A DNA stretch of 64,000 nucleotides from the human T2T-CHM13v2.0 reference genome, Homo sapiens (GCF_009914755.1 NC_060936.1); one strand, 5' to 3'; numbered from the stretch's first letter, positions 28,473 to 41,750 are shown. A program made the numbers and translations. Notes: generated by a model from the sequence alone, not told the origin.

Positions 28473-29626
28473 TGAAACCATCTTTGCAAAATTATGACTG
28501 AAACAGTTAAAGCGATCTAACTTAATCAACTCCATCTTGCTTCTAATCTCCAGGCTATCCTTGTTGATTCCTAGGTATAGGCTGAGTTAACTTTAGGAGA
28601 AACTTAGCTTCTTATAGGAATTCGGTGAGGGTGGTGGGAAAAATTGTAGAAAGATGCAAACTTTCTTGGAAGGGTGGAAGGTTTTACAAAAGCTTTGTGA
28701 AAGGGCTATGGCTGAAGGCAGTCTGATCCTCTTACCTTGAGCTAATAGTAAAAAGCAAATAACAAGGGAATGTAGGGGAGTTTATCTAAATAGCTTATTT
28801 ACTCATGTGGTCCTAAGACCGACCTTTGATCATCAGCAGGCACATGACTGCTCTCTACTCGGGGCAATGTTAATTACCCTCTAGGGTGTTTACTCTACAC
28901 ATTTGTCATTTAACCTGTACTAAATAAATGCGAACTTTGCCAGCTTATTGAGGCCACTGCGGACTCTGGCAGCAGAGCCCGTTAGCTGTGCTGACAGGCA
29001 AAATATCTGTGTCAATGTATGTCTTTCATCTGCCGCTTGGTCAGGGTCTGTAGGTCAGACTTGGCAGTTTATAGTTTATATTTTAAACAAAGACAGTAAC
29101 AGCTGTTTCCCAAAGCAGACCTCCTCCTTCTTGCCTGGAAACTAGATTGCCTTCATAGGACTAACAGTAGCCGCAAGATTAGAAATTATGATTTAGGAGT
29201 CATATAGCTGGAGGCTAGAAGATTCTGACTCTCCCTAAACTGCTCCTAAGATTAGTGCTTGAGATATTTTGCAGCCCCTGCACTTGTTAGATCAGCTGGT
29301 ACCACCCAGATCAATAAGCTGGCTCTTCTGATCTTCTGGCCCCCACCCAGGAACTGACTCAGCTTGAGAAGACAGCTTTGACTCCCTATGATTTCATCCC
29401 TGACCAATCAGCATTCCTGACTCACTGGCTTCCCCCCATCCACCAGGTTATCCTTAAAAACTCTGCTCCCTGAATGCTTGAGGAGACTGATTTGAGTAAT
29501 AATAAAGCTCCGGTCTCCCACACAGCCAGCTCTGTGTGAATTACCCTTTCTCTGTTGCAATTACTCTGTCTTGATGAATTGGCTCTGTCTAGTCAGTGGG
29601 CAAGATGAACCACTTGGGCAGTTACA
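28473..29626 (+). mobile_element. LTR8 ERV1 solo LTR (interrupted by LTR22)
   Basis: tgaaaccatctttgcaaaattatgactg...gggcagttaca; TSD atat/atgt. Confidence 0.9.
28613..29066 (+). mobile_element. LTR22 (HERV-K HML-5) solo LTR
   Basis: agggtggtgggaaaaatt...tttactcatgtggtcctaagac...tgtactaaataaatgcgaactttgcc...ttggca. Confidence 0.82.
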
Positions 29627-30892
29627 ATGTCCTCAGTGCCTAGACAAGCAGCTGCAATGCAGAATCAAGCCAAGTATGGCCCCTTCTTCCATGCCTCAGC
29701 GTTGCCTCCTGGCTATTTTAGGAGGGGTTGAATCTTCCAGGCATAGTCTTCACAGCTCTGTCTTTGAGGTCCTGAGCTCTGCAACTGATATGTAAATTCA
29801 GGACTCAGATAGGCCCTGACCTTCATTGGTATCTGGGATGCCACATGGCCACCTGAGACCCAGGATTACTGAAAATGACATTGGGGAAGGTACTTGTGTC
29901 ATAGTTTCAAAGTTATTTTTAGTAATTCAAAATCTTAAAGTCATGTTATGGTAAATAATAAAATATCTGTTATGGTAAATAATAAAAATATCTGAGTCAT
30001 TTGTAAAATACTAAATCATCAATTATTTAAAACAAGTTGAAGTTTAATATCTTGGCAAATTATTTTTATATGGCATAGAAAAGCTAATTATATTTAGATC
30101 TGTTAATAAACAAAATTTTATAAAACATTTTTCTATAAAATTATAAAATGGTTTGTTCTACAAATCCTGATATATAACCATTCGAAATTACTTCCTAGGG
30201 ATTTTTTTTTAATTAAGGTTACTAAGAGTTAATGTAGTTAATATGTATAATTAAAACTATTAGATATAAAAAAATCTTTATAGAGAGTATGCAAACAAAA
30301 ACAAGATATACTTTTGATTAGAAAAGTTGTAAAGGCCGAAAAATGTGTGTTTGTTAAAAATTTTTATCTAATTTGAAGTTAAAGGTTGTTTCAGATAGAA
30401 AAAATAAAAAGTATTTAAGTAAAACCAAAACATAAAAAGTTGAAAAATTTTAAATTATAAGATATTACAAAAGGCATAAACCTTTTGTATTATCGTAAGA
30501 TAATCTGGTATGGCCAAAATTAATAGAGATTTAATTAATTTACTTACACAGTTTTACTAAAATTGACTTTATTGATTATATATAAATACAAAAGTAACAT
30601 GTATTTTTCTCTGTTGAACAAAAATTACATGTAGTGTTAACAAGTGTGAGTAAAATACTTCTGTTCACCTTTTGAGTAAATTGTAAACAATAAAAAAAGA
30701 GTAAAGATAGAAAAAGAGGCAGATTCTGTCTCATTTTAGCTGTCTCAGTATTTTAGAATATTGAGAAAACTGAGTCACCTATTAAAGCATGAAGATTTTT
30801 GTTTTTAAAAATCTTTTAACACTTTGGCAAAATGAATCACTATTATTTTATAGTGACCTGTGATTCTACTTTGATTAAGTGTTTAAACCTTT

Positions 30893-31411
30893 TGTTGTGG
30901 TCTTTCTGCTCCTTAGCTCAGCTAGGTCTGAGTTCTTATCTCACAACCAGGAAGACTTAGGTGCACAGACCCTGGAGAGTGAGTGGAGTAAAAATTATTC
31001 AGCAAGATGGAAGCTCTCAGCAAAGAGGGAGTGTGGGGTGTGGTTCCCCTACCCAAAGGTGAGAAAGTCTCCTGCGTGGCTGGGTCCAGGGCCTTTTACG
31101 TACTCAGAATAGGGAGTTGATGATTGGTTTGTGAGTATTCAAAAAAAGGTTAAAGCAAAGATACCACTTAAAGGTGGGCACAACAGTATAGAACACCAAT
31201 TAGGAAAGGGTAGGTATACTTTAAATAAATGAAGGATGGGTATCAATCAGAGGAAAGCACACCAAACAGTAAGAGAAGTTCTCAATTCAGTCTGAGGGTT
31301 TAAGTTTTAGCTTGGCTTTCAGGCTTTAAACTGTCTTCAGCTTGGAGGTGGGGTTTCACTAGGGATCCTTCCCTATCTGCTTGGGCATTTGGCTTCCTCC
31401 TGCCGCTCTCA
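30893..31411 (-). mobile_element. LTR27-like ERV1 solo LTR
   Basis: Reverse strand starts tgagagcggcaggaggaagccaaatgcccaagcagatagg; TSD CTTT (30889-30892, 31412-31415). Confidence 0.8.
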
Positions 31412-32580
31412 CTTTGACATATTTGAGAGACTTCCAAAAATCAAATTTCAACCTAAAAAGTAGGTCTTTTTTTCAACTCTAACTTTGGAATGCTACAGAG
31501 GGCCCCTGAAGCATCCAAAAGAGAGATAAAAAGTATTATTTGATATGTTAAATTATATGAAATGCATTGCCAAATAATAAGTGATGTTTAATCTTCTTTG
31601 AATTATATTTTATTAAACATGTTATTCATATATGTTCAAAAATTATATGGGATTCCTAAAATTTTGATATGTTTGTATATGCACTATCAGTCACAATTAT
31701 GGTTATTATGTTAAATTATTATAGGCCATAGAAATAACTAAATTTTCTTACGAATTGTACCTTTAACTATGCCCATTTAAAGTCATTTCCACAGTTGATT
31801 GCTTAATTTTGATGCAATTTCTGAAAACTTCACAAGCAAGCAAAATCCTAGAATATTGTATCTTTAAGGAGGTTTATGAAAGGATGAAAAAGATTCTGGA
31901 AAGCACTCTTGTGTAAAGTTTTTGATAACTTTAGGATCATATCATTTAGACTTGGTAAGGATTCCCAGAACACCAATAAAAGGATAGACTGGTTTATAAA
32001 ACTGGTAATCCAAGTGGTATAAGAATTAATTGAATGCCAAGAAAATACTTTGTCACATTTTCATGTTAAATCAGCCAGTACCAAAATTGTTAAGATGGGC
32101 AATTTGAATGAATTCAATGTTCCAAGTCAAATTATCTATGATAACCCATCTAAAAAAACAATGCTATGCACCTAAATTAGAAAAAACAAAATTGATATTT
32201 AGGATGTATGCCCAGGATTAAGCATGGATCCTTGGAGAGCCTTTATGGCCACCTGGTCGTTCCTGAGTCCTTAAATCTTCCATTACTAAAAGCTCTGAAT
32301 TTCATGACTCATCATGGAATGGGGTAAAATAGTCCAAAATATATGTAAATATATATTTGTGGTGACTATTTTAAATTGCTAAAATAATTTATGACCAATG
32401 TTTGGTTTTACAATCCCGTAATACTGGGCCAACGGTCAAAACTTTAGGCATATTTTTGCTACCTGATGGCTCATTTAAATATTTACAAAGGAATTGTATT
32501 CAGTTGTCATTTCAATGCATATTTCTGTTTTTATAAAAGTTTTCTGATGCAAGAGAGCTGATGTTATAACAGTAGCTACA

Positions 32581-33110
32581 AGGTTATTAGGAAATATGTT
32601 TTCCTCATGGGACATTCCTGGAGAAATCTCCAGTGATAAAAGTACTTGTTTCACTAGACAAGTTGTAAAACAGTTAAGTAGGATATTATAAATACAATAG
32701 CATTAGGCAAAGCTAGCTGCATTGACTGTATTGCCTTGGTAAAAAGTATTGTAGATTAATGGTAATCAGATCCACTTCCAGGGGAAGATATAAGTTGATC
32801 TCAAATGAAATAGTCACTGGAAGGTCTATGCACCAAATAATAGAAACTCATGTATCTTCCACTCTTAAACTCTAATATAGCTAAAGGCTTTAATGCATCA
32901 TGCCAAAGTGTATTTTAACCAGTGAAAGAAAGCTTTTTGTGGTCCACTAGCTGAAGATAATCAAACTTTTCACAATCTAGGACCTGGAGATTGGGTCTTC
33001 TGAGAATGACATTAGAGAAAGACCACCCTTGCCATCTATACTGCAGCAAAATGTCCCGGACCTTGGACCTTGGGTTTATAATCTCACAACTCAGAAGAGC
33101 TCTTCCAGAC
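32581..33110 (+). pseudogene. Degenerate retroviral integrase remnant (MER57-int)
   Basis: From 32581: RLLGNMFSSWDIPGEISSDKSTCFTRQVVKQL (GIPxxIxSDxGxxF motif); later HNLGPGDWVF; many stops. Confidence 0.8.
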
Positions 33111-33493
33111 TCTTGAAATTATATCCCTATCAGAGACCTTAAGATAAAGCTAGCCAGGAACATTTCTCCCTAGAAGTAGATGACATCCCAGATGTGAACA
33201 GCCTTTCCCTAAGATCACAAGTCTTAACTTCTCTGCTATAATGAAACTCTTATCTCTCAATTTTTCCATTGCCTAGGCCTCTATGAATGTAGAACTGAAT
33301 AAGGGGTCTCTTGTGTGCACTCACGGGGTATACTTTTATTTTTGGAGGATTTCACAACCAATTTTATACATGGATAAACTTACACCTTGACAGATGGAAG
33401 AGGAAAGGCCAATGAGGGCAAGAAATTTTAATAGTACCTTTGCTGCTTTATAATCAGTCAGAAAAAGAACATTGATCCACTCCTGTTAACCTA

Positions 33494-33830
33494 CATCATA
33501 GGTGAAAAAGAACATTGCCAGGAGGCCTTCACTCTTCTGGATGGGCATAATTTTTTAGGTCTCTTTCTTTATGGTTTGGAATAATTGTGGCAGTGATTAG
33601 AAATTTATCCCTCATAATAGGCTCTATAGAAGATTCTACTGAAAAGGCTGTGGTAGCACAATGTATTTTAAGTTCTCTTGCTAAAGTTGTGCTATATAAT
33701 AGAATTCCTGTAGATTACTTGCTGCCTAAACTGAAGTAGCTGTGTAGTTACTGATGCTTTTAGTTGCACATAGAGAAATACATCAGGTATTATAGAGATT
33801 CAGCTGTAAAGAGATAATGAACAAGCTGCT
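33494..33830 (+). pseudogene. Degenerate env TM remnant (MER57-int)
   Basis: One frame reads HHR*KR (furin site), a hydrophobic stretch, then SLAKVVLYNRIPVDYLL (immunosuppressive-domain-like); in-frame stops. Confidence 0.82.
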
Positions 33831-34448
33831 TGTTTAAAATGAGTTGACTCTTTAGCTCATTCTTTGATCCATTTGATTTTAGTTGGTTTTATTCACAGGG
33901 ACTTTTGCTAAGGAGCATACTCCAAACTCTTGGTATTATCCTCTAGAAAATCATAATAGTAGTCTCCCTGGTGGGCTATATTCTTGCAAAAGTTTTAAAT
34001 ATTTGCATGAGGCCATCTCTAGGATGACAAATGGTATGTCTTTGACTGGAATGACAAAAACTCAAATAAACGTGTGACCACGAGGATACAGTAACTTCTG
34101 AATGACATACTGAGACTAGAAACCCCAAATAATGGTAACTGAGGGTGGCACTATGCCCTAAGTTTTTATTACACTGTCATCTAAGAGATAACCTGACCTG
34201 AAGGTGGGAATTTTTTAATAAAATTATGGGACGCCATTGTTTTGAACTGAGCTCATGTGCTAGGCCCAAACAGACAAGACCAAACCAAAGTCAAGTCATC
34301 CATGCTAAATGTGACATCATTAAACTGAAACTTTAAGGCAAAAGATAGATCCTAAAACAAACCAGCCTTTTTTCTCTCCAAAAAACAGTTGATTCTAGCA
34401 CAGGAAGAACCCGTCTACTCTAACTCTTACAAAAAATAACTTGAAGTC

Positions 34449-34812
34449 TGTATTAGTCCATTTTCATGCTGCTGATAAAGACATATCCAAGACTGGGCAA
34501 TTTACAAAAGAAAGAGGTTTAATGGACTTACAGTTCCACATGGTGGAGAACCCTCACAATCATGGAGGAAGGCAAGGAGGAGCAATCACGTCTTACATGG
34601 ATGGCAGCAGGCAAAAAGAGAGCTTGTGAAGAAAAACTCCCATTTTTAAAATAATCATATCTCATGAGACCCATTCACTATCATGAAAGCAGCATGGGAA
34701 AGACCTACCCCCATGATTCAATCATCTCCCACTGGATCCCTCCCACTACATATGGGAATTATGGGAGCTACAAGATGAGATTTGGATGGAGACACAAAGT
34801 CAAACCATATCA
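34449..34812 (-). mobile_element. THE1B solo LTR
   Basis: tgtattagtccattttcatgctgctgataaagacata...aaaccatatca. Confidence 0.93.
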
Positions 34813-34967
34813 AACCATCTTTTTTCCACATTACAAAAACCATTGTCCTGTTATTTCCCAGTGGAATTTGACACCAAATAAGTACATTTATGATGGTAAC
34901 AGAGTGACATCAATACCTAAAGTTTTGGTCTATCTCTTAAAATTGAGAAGATGACCAAAAGGGTAAT

Positions 34968-35358
34968 TGTAAAATTAAGTTTAGCCTAAAGCTGCATCCT
35001 TACATATTTTAAGTTCAGCCTAAAGGTTTCTCTGTATATAGTAAACTGCCACCTAATTGGAAGCATAAAGAGAGTATAACCTATTCTTGTGTTAATCACA
35101 ACATTTCAGCCAATTGAGGGTGACATACTTTTCAAACCGTGTTCAAATAAGGCCAAACTGTAACCAGTCTGGCTGTTTCTGTACCTCACTTCCATTTTCC
35201 ATAAATCACTTTTCTTTTTTATGTCCATAAATCTTCTCCCACATGATTGCACCGGACTCTGAGCCTGCTCTGGCTCAGGAAGCTGCCTAATTCATAAATT
35301 GTTCTTTGTTCAATTAAACTCTACTAAATTTAACTCATCTGAGGTCCTTCTTTTAAAA
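34968..35358 (+). mobile_element. MER57 3' LTR
   Basis: tgtaaaattaagtttagcctaaagctgc...attaaa...ttcttttaa, preceded by PPT-like gaccaaaagggtaat. Confidence 0.9.
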
Positions 35359-35884
35359 GAGAAATAAGCAAGTCTGATGAAAGAAATTTCAACATATCCT
35401 CTGCTCTCCTACTTTCTCTTCTGTCAGAGGATGACTAAAACAGGACATTTGATTGAGATTGGCACTTGTTCCCCTGGAGACATAAAGAAGTAACTGATAA
35501 TGATTCTTAAGAAGAATAGTCCCCTTGGTAGAGAAAGGGATCACCTTAGCACAGAAAGGAGGAGTCATTAGTTAAAGAGCAGGAAAGATACCTCTATAAT
35601 CTGACAGCCTTTTCTTAATACTGATTGAACACTCTACACTATCTCTAAAACAACCTTGTTAAGTGAAAGGGCAGGCTGTCATCCTCCATTGGTGATAAAA
35701 CTCAAGTTGGAAGAGAAAGTCAAATAAGAAGATCCAGATTTTATTTTAGCTGCGAATTAGAGACTTGATATAGGGGATTAGTGCACCTGGAGCTAAGAAT
35801 GTTAACATTTATAAAGATTTCTCGACCCACACTTGGGAAGTTGTATGAGATGGGATGCAGAGATGGGGTTTGTAGAGATGAGTT

Positions 35885-36770
35885 TGTAAGCCAAAAATAA
35901 AATCCTAAGCCTCCCAACTGACTGGATCTCTGGACCAAAGGAACCAAAGAGAAACTGAAAAACTGAATGCCCAGCCATGATGGAAGGGGGGTCAAATACA
36001 CCTTGCTATACTCCTTCCCTTTTTGCAGTTTAAGCACAAATGACCAGCATTAACTTTAAAAGAGATATTATAAGACTGACAGAAAAGACTCTCTGGCAAT
36101 AAAATACTAAATTCAAACATGACTCCAGTATAGCGTCACATGCCAGATAGCTGACCCTGAAGGAAATCAAAATATTTTACCCCAAAATATGTTTGATATA
36201 TTTTGAATGGCTCTGCAAAGCAATATTTTGTGGGAGAAATTTCCATCTGTAGGGAATCTCCATTAATATAGTCAGGCCTTTCCTGGATCTAGGAGATACT
36301 AAGAGTCTGATACCTTTCGAAAGGAGGCATTTAGTATCTATTCTCTCTGTAGCCTCTTACCTGGAGGCTTCATCTTCATAACAAAAACCTTGGCCTCCAC
36401 AACAACCCCTATCTTAACTCTTGCATTTCTTTCTACCGACTTCAAGTCTTTAGAGAAAGCTTAACTCTTTCAACCAATTGGCAATCAGAAAATCTTTGAA
36501 TGTATCTGTGACCTGTAAACCCTTCCTCTTCAAGATATCTCACTTCTTCGGGCCAAACCGATGTATACCTTTCATGTATTAATTTATAATTTTACCTACA
36601 ATTCTCATCTCTCTAAAATGTATAAAACTAATCTGTAACTGGACTGCCTCTGGTACACTTTTTCAGGACCTCTTGAGACATATCCTGGGGCAGGGTCACT
36701 CATATTGGCTCAGAATAAACCTCTTTAAATATTTCAAAGAGTTTGTTGTTGTTGTTGTTGTTTGTCTACA
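35885..36770 (+). mobile_element. MER4 (MER4D/B-like) ERV1 solo LTR
   Basis: tgtaagccaaaaataaaatcctaagcc...aaaatattttaccccaaaatat...ggtcactcatattggctcagaataaacctc...tctaca. Confidence 0.87.
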
Positions 36771-36999
36771 TGGTGACAGAACTATTCTTGTGACAGGGAT
36801 TTTTCACGATAAAGGATTTCTAAGGAGTGACTACATGCTTGCAATACAGTAAAACTGAATTTTGCAATTTTTTTTGTGTTTTATAGAATAGCTGTCCATT
36901 GAAAGGGGAGGACTGAGTTTCTGTAAACTCCTGTATTTTACAGCAAATTAGTAAATGCAAAATATTTGCAGAAATTTGTTATACAAACTTGAAATACAG

Positions 37000-37310
37000 A
37001 GATGAGGAATGTGGCTTCTGCCACCATGGTGCTCAGTTTTAGCATAACATGCAGAGTAGAGGTATTATAAAATATGTAATATATATTACATATATATGTT
37101 CAGTGCTGTAATAAATAAAAACACACAGGGTGCTCTGATAACACAAAGGAGAGCATTCAGTCCAGTCTATAGCACTATGTTAGTTTGGGTTAATCCAGGA
37201 AACTACACATAATATGTAACCACTAGGCTCTGACTTGAATGGTTCATAGTATTTAGGTGCAGAGGGAGCAAATGCAATTTGCAGATGGAAGAAAGGAAAG
37301 TTCTATTAAG
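37000..37310 (-). mobile_element. L2 fragment
   Basis: cagtgctgtaataaataaaaacacacagggtgctctgataacacaaaggagagcattcag. Confidence 0.5.
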
Positions 37311-38004
37311 AGAAAGGCAATTGGTTATATTCTAAAAATACAAAATTTACAGCAATGATTTTATAAATTGTTTGTACTCAGTTTATTATAAAAAGGGTAT
37401 ATTCCTACTTAGTCCTCATTGAGTCTTTACACTTGGTCACACAATTGGGTATGGTGAACAAATATTTTATTTTAATAATGTTACTAGTCATATATTTTAT
37501 GACCCTAAGCAGTTACATTAAAACACCATACTCTGTTTACACTCTTCATATTTATGGAATTCATGGCATATTTATTTGGAGATATGATTATCCTTTAAAT
37601 AAATGATGCATATTATAGTTTTTGTGAATGGCTCTTGAAAGATTTCCTATTTTTGTATGTTTGTGTTCTACTAAATTCATCAACAAAGATATTTTAAAGC
37701 CTGTATCTCTGAGACATGATATAAGTGACTATAAAAAAATTATTCCAATGTCTTTATTACTACTTAAAATTTTATGCTTATAAAGTAATTACATGTCCCA
37801 CTGTTTTGGTCCTTAGATTAATAAAATAAATTTTAACATGTCTAATTAAAAGAAGAAGAATTTTCTTTCAGTCTATATTTCTAATCTTCATAATTGATTT
37901 AAATTAATGAAAATGAAACACTGAAACCCAAAACAAATACCAAAATGAAACCTTAATCTTTATTTTATTTATGTTCCTTTAATTTCTGGAATCATGAACT
38001 TTAA

Positions 38005-38351
<347 letters not shown>

Positions 38352-39129
38352 TCAATATACGTTTATCCTGACATTTTTAAAAATATAAATTTCTGTTAGA
38401 GTAGAAGGCTTCTGACTATTTAAGGAAAACATCATTCTATTTATATAAAATATATTTTAATTGAAGGTTTAAGAAAAGGAAATACATAAAAGTAAACCTC
38501 ACATATTTGCTGTCATCTTTCTTCCTATTGTCAGGCTGCATTAAATTTGTATTCACAAAGTTCTACAAGATCAATGTTTTGATATGTTTGTTCAACGTTT
38601 CACAATAAATGTGACTGATTTGATAGCAAATAAAATTGAATTTAAAATTGTGAACTGCCAGTCATCTCAAAGATTACTTGACCTTTTTATATTATTTTAT
38701 AATATAGTTTAATAATGTTTAGACCTGTCTTCTGTTTCTTTTTTATTATGTATAGAGAGGTCTAAGTAAAATTTTTTTCTTTCCAGTTTATACTTTGCCT
38801 CATTATTTTTGAACTACTATTTTTTAAAGAAAACTGTCTCCAATTCCATCTTTAAAACAAAAAGGAACGATTGCATAAAAGTAGAATAGTAAAGATTTGT
38901 GATGGCCCCTTTTGATTTTAATGCTTTTTAGGAGACCATGAAGAGCTAAAGTTCATATGTTATGAATGCTTCAGACAATTGGGTTTTCAAAATATAGAAC
39001 CAAAATGTTAAAGATATAACATCTTAAATCCACACTGATATTAACCCTTAAGACATATGGTGGCCCTTTGATTCTGGGTTTTATAGATCTTTGTACCAAA
39101 GATAATTTTGACATGGAAAGCTATATTGT

Positions 39130-39560
39130 AGTTGGTTACAAACTGTCCAGTCCCTGGCGTATAATAAACTGTTCTCTACCAGATAGAATGCATGTTTACA
39201 ATACTCAATTAATACATCTGGCAGACTTTAATTGCATTAGCTTTGTCGCACCAGAGGTGGCATAACTTTCATGTGACATAATTAGGTTTGCTCAATTTAA
39301 ACAGACACATTAATGCAGCTCAGCAAGGCTCAATTAAATCTGTTTCAAAGCAAAATCACAATGTGAGGCATTGTGGGTAATGTTATGCAAATTATCATAT
39401 TGGCAGAGAAACTGAGTAAGGTTTCAACAGTGCCTATTGGCATAAAATGAATTTTTCCATTTGGAATATCAAGGCAAAAACAGCAAGATGTCTGTGTTGT
39501 AATTTCCCTTTTTCAGGGCTTATCAAAGTGGTGCAGCTGTTGACCTAGTCAAATAAATTG
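39130..39560. promoter_or_regulatory. Candidate conserved non-coding/enhancer element
   Basis: Non-repeat; octamer ATGCAAAT 39385-39392, CATTGT 39369-39374, several TAAT/AATTA cores, E-boxes, TTGGCA, ATCAAAG; conservation not testable here. Confidence 0.4.
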
Positions 39561-40741
39561 TTTTGTCACTTTGGTTTTCTTTAAGTAATATTTTAAAGTT
39601 TTCATGATAACCAAAGTATATATTGTTTCAAAATCTAAACACAATTTGTCTTCTTCTAGGCACCAGACATAATCAAAGATTAATCTTTATTAGTCCTCCA
39701 TTTCCAATAGGGGTGTTGATTAGTAAGCGAGGTAATACAGATCTAACCTTATTTAGATACATTCAGTGACCATTCTCAATGGGTGGCAACTTTAATTTGT
39801 TTGTGTAAGTCTATGTGTAATACTGCTAGGCAGTTGAAGAAAATATTCTTACTCTAATTAAATATATGAATATTACTAAAATTATCCATCACATGCCAGG
39901 AATATTTGCAATGATAACATTTTAAATTGACTTCATAATTGAAATGTCTAATAAGAGGATTCTGATTTTATTAAGTGTTTGAATTTTTAATATGTTAAAA
40001 ATATAATTTATATTACTGGAATTCTGATATGTGATTATAAGAAGTTATCAATTTTTATTTTCTCTGTATCATATGCACACATACAAACATATTTAAATAA
40101 ATATATTAAAATGTATAAAACATTTATAAGTAAAATATGTATTAAGTATGTAAAATACATATTGCACAGTCTCTATCATATATGCATGCGTGTGTGGATT
40201 ATAAATTAGTTATATGGAGGAAAATACGAAATCTTATCTACCCTCATTCCATTACATAGAAATAGCTCCCCATTTCCCCCTTTTAGCTCACTCAATAGGG
40301 AGATATGATCACATTATTACTCTTTTTTTCTGACTCATTTTGAAAAATATATTCAAAATTAAAAATTTCAAGGGCCTGTTAATGTTCATTTTAAATAATA
40401 CTCAAACATTTATTAGGAATATTTCATAATGTTTATCTAACATCTATATTCTTGAATAATTATTATATAATTTTTCAATAAGGTAACATCAGTGCAGAGA
40501 TGTGAGCAAATCTATACCATCTTCAGGTTAGCAGAAAAGATTCTTATAAATAAAGAAATCAACATGATACAAGAATCCTTACAGTGAGGATATGATAAAC
40601 AGGAACCTACTGAATCATTTTATATTTTTTTGTTATGGTTTCATTGTAGAGTTTATAATTTTTTTAATGAAGGATGTTACAAGAAAATAAAGCTTTGAAA
40701 AATGACTCCTAGTACTATAGTATCATTTTGATTATTCACAT

Positions 40742-40958
40742 CGAGCTTGTCCACCCACAGCCCATGAGCCACATGCATCGCAGGACAGCTTTGAATAAGG
40801 CCAAACACAAATTCATAAAATGTCTTAAAACATTATGAGTTTTGTTTGTTTGTTTTTTTTTTTAGTTCATCGGCTATCGTTAATTAGTGTATTTTATGTG
40901 TGGCCTAAGACAATTCTTCCAATGTGGCCCAGGGATGTAAAAAGTTTAAACACTCCTG
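40742..40958 (-). mobile_element. MER30 hAT MITE
   Basis: gtgtattttatgtgtggcctaagacaattcttccaatgtggcccaggga; 8 bp TSD attcacat / atttacat. Confidence 0.92.
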
Positions 40959-41371
40959 ATTTACATAAAATTGGAACAGTGAACGAACTTAGACAATCAT
41001 TGTTTCCAAAAGATAAAGAGGTAACAGAAAAAATGCTTTACACCAGAGGTTGTGATCTAATTTTCAATATTAAGGTCCAGAAAATTGATGCCTAATGATA
41101 CTAATCAGCACTATTATTAATAATCTCAATGTATAAAATGCCAAAATTACTATGCTGATAAAGTAAATTGCTGCAATATACCTGAGGGAAGTTTTTACAT
41201 GAGGAAACATAATAATGATAATAAAAATTAAAAATAACAGAAAGATGGCTAAGCGTTTCTTATTTTAATCTGCATAGAGTCATTATAAATATTTTGTCCC
41301 ACCATTGAAACATAAGCTCTGCTCTAGCAAAATGCAACAGTTTATGTTAAGTTGTATAAAAACATTACAAT

Positions 41372-41429
41372 CTTAGTGTTGTACTAAGTGTACTAGTACT
41401 TAGTGTTGTACTAAGTGTTGTACTTAGTG
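41372..41429. repeat. Short tandem repeat of cttagtgttgta/ctaagtgt units
   Basis: Directly visible. Confidence 0.85.
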
Positions 41430-41487
41430 AATCAAACTGAGTCCATGTTCTCAACTAATTTATAGCGTGCATGTGGGATTTTAAAAG

Positions 41488-41750
41488 AAACTCTTAAATT
41501 TTGAGATAATTATAAATTCACTTGCAGTTGTAAGAAATAATAGAGGGATTTCATATACGTTCATTCAATTGTAATGTCTTATATAACTATAGTATAATAT
41601 CAAATTAGGAAATTGACTTTACCTGAGATTTCACCAGTTTTACATGCAACGTGTGAGTATGTGTGTGTATTTACTTCTATGCAATTTTAGAACATATGTA
41701 GATTCATATGACCACCATCATCACAGCTAAAATACAGAACAATTTCATAA
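41488..41750 (-). mobile_element. L1MC-type 3' UTR fragment
   Basis: ttttgagataattataaattcacttgcagttgtaagaaataa...caccagttttacatgc. Confidence 0.75.

Larger units (their letters stand above)
26128..35358 (+). mobile_element. MER57 (ERV1) provirus, LTR-internal-LTR, heavily interrupted
   Basis: Homologous LTRs at 26128 and 34968 (ctccttacatatttta...cagcctaaaggtttc); internal integrase and env remnants; PPT before the 3' LTR. Confidence 0.88.
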
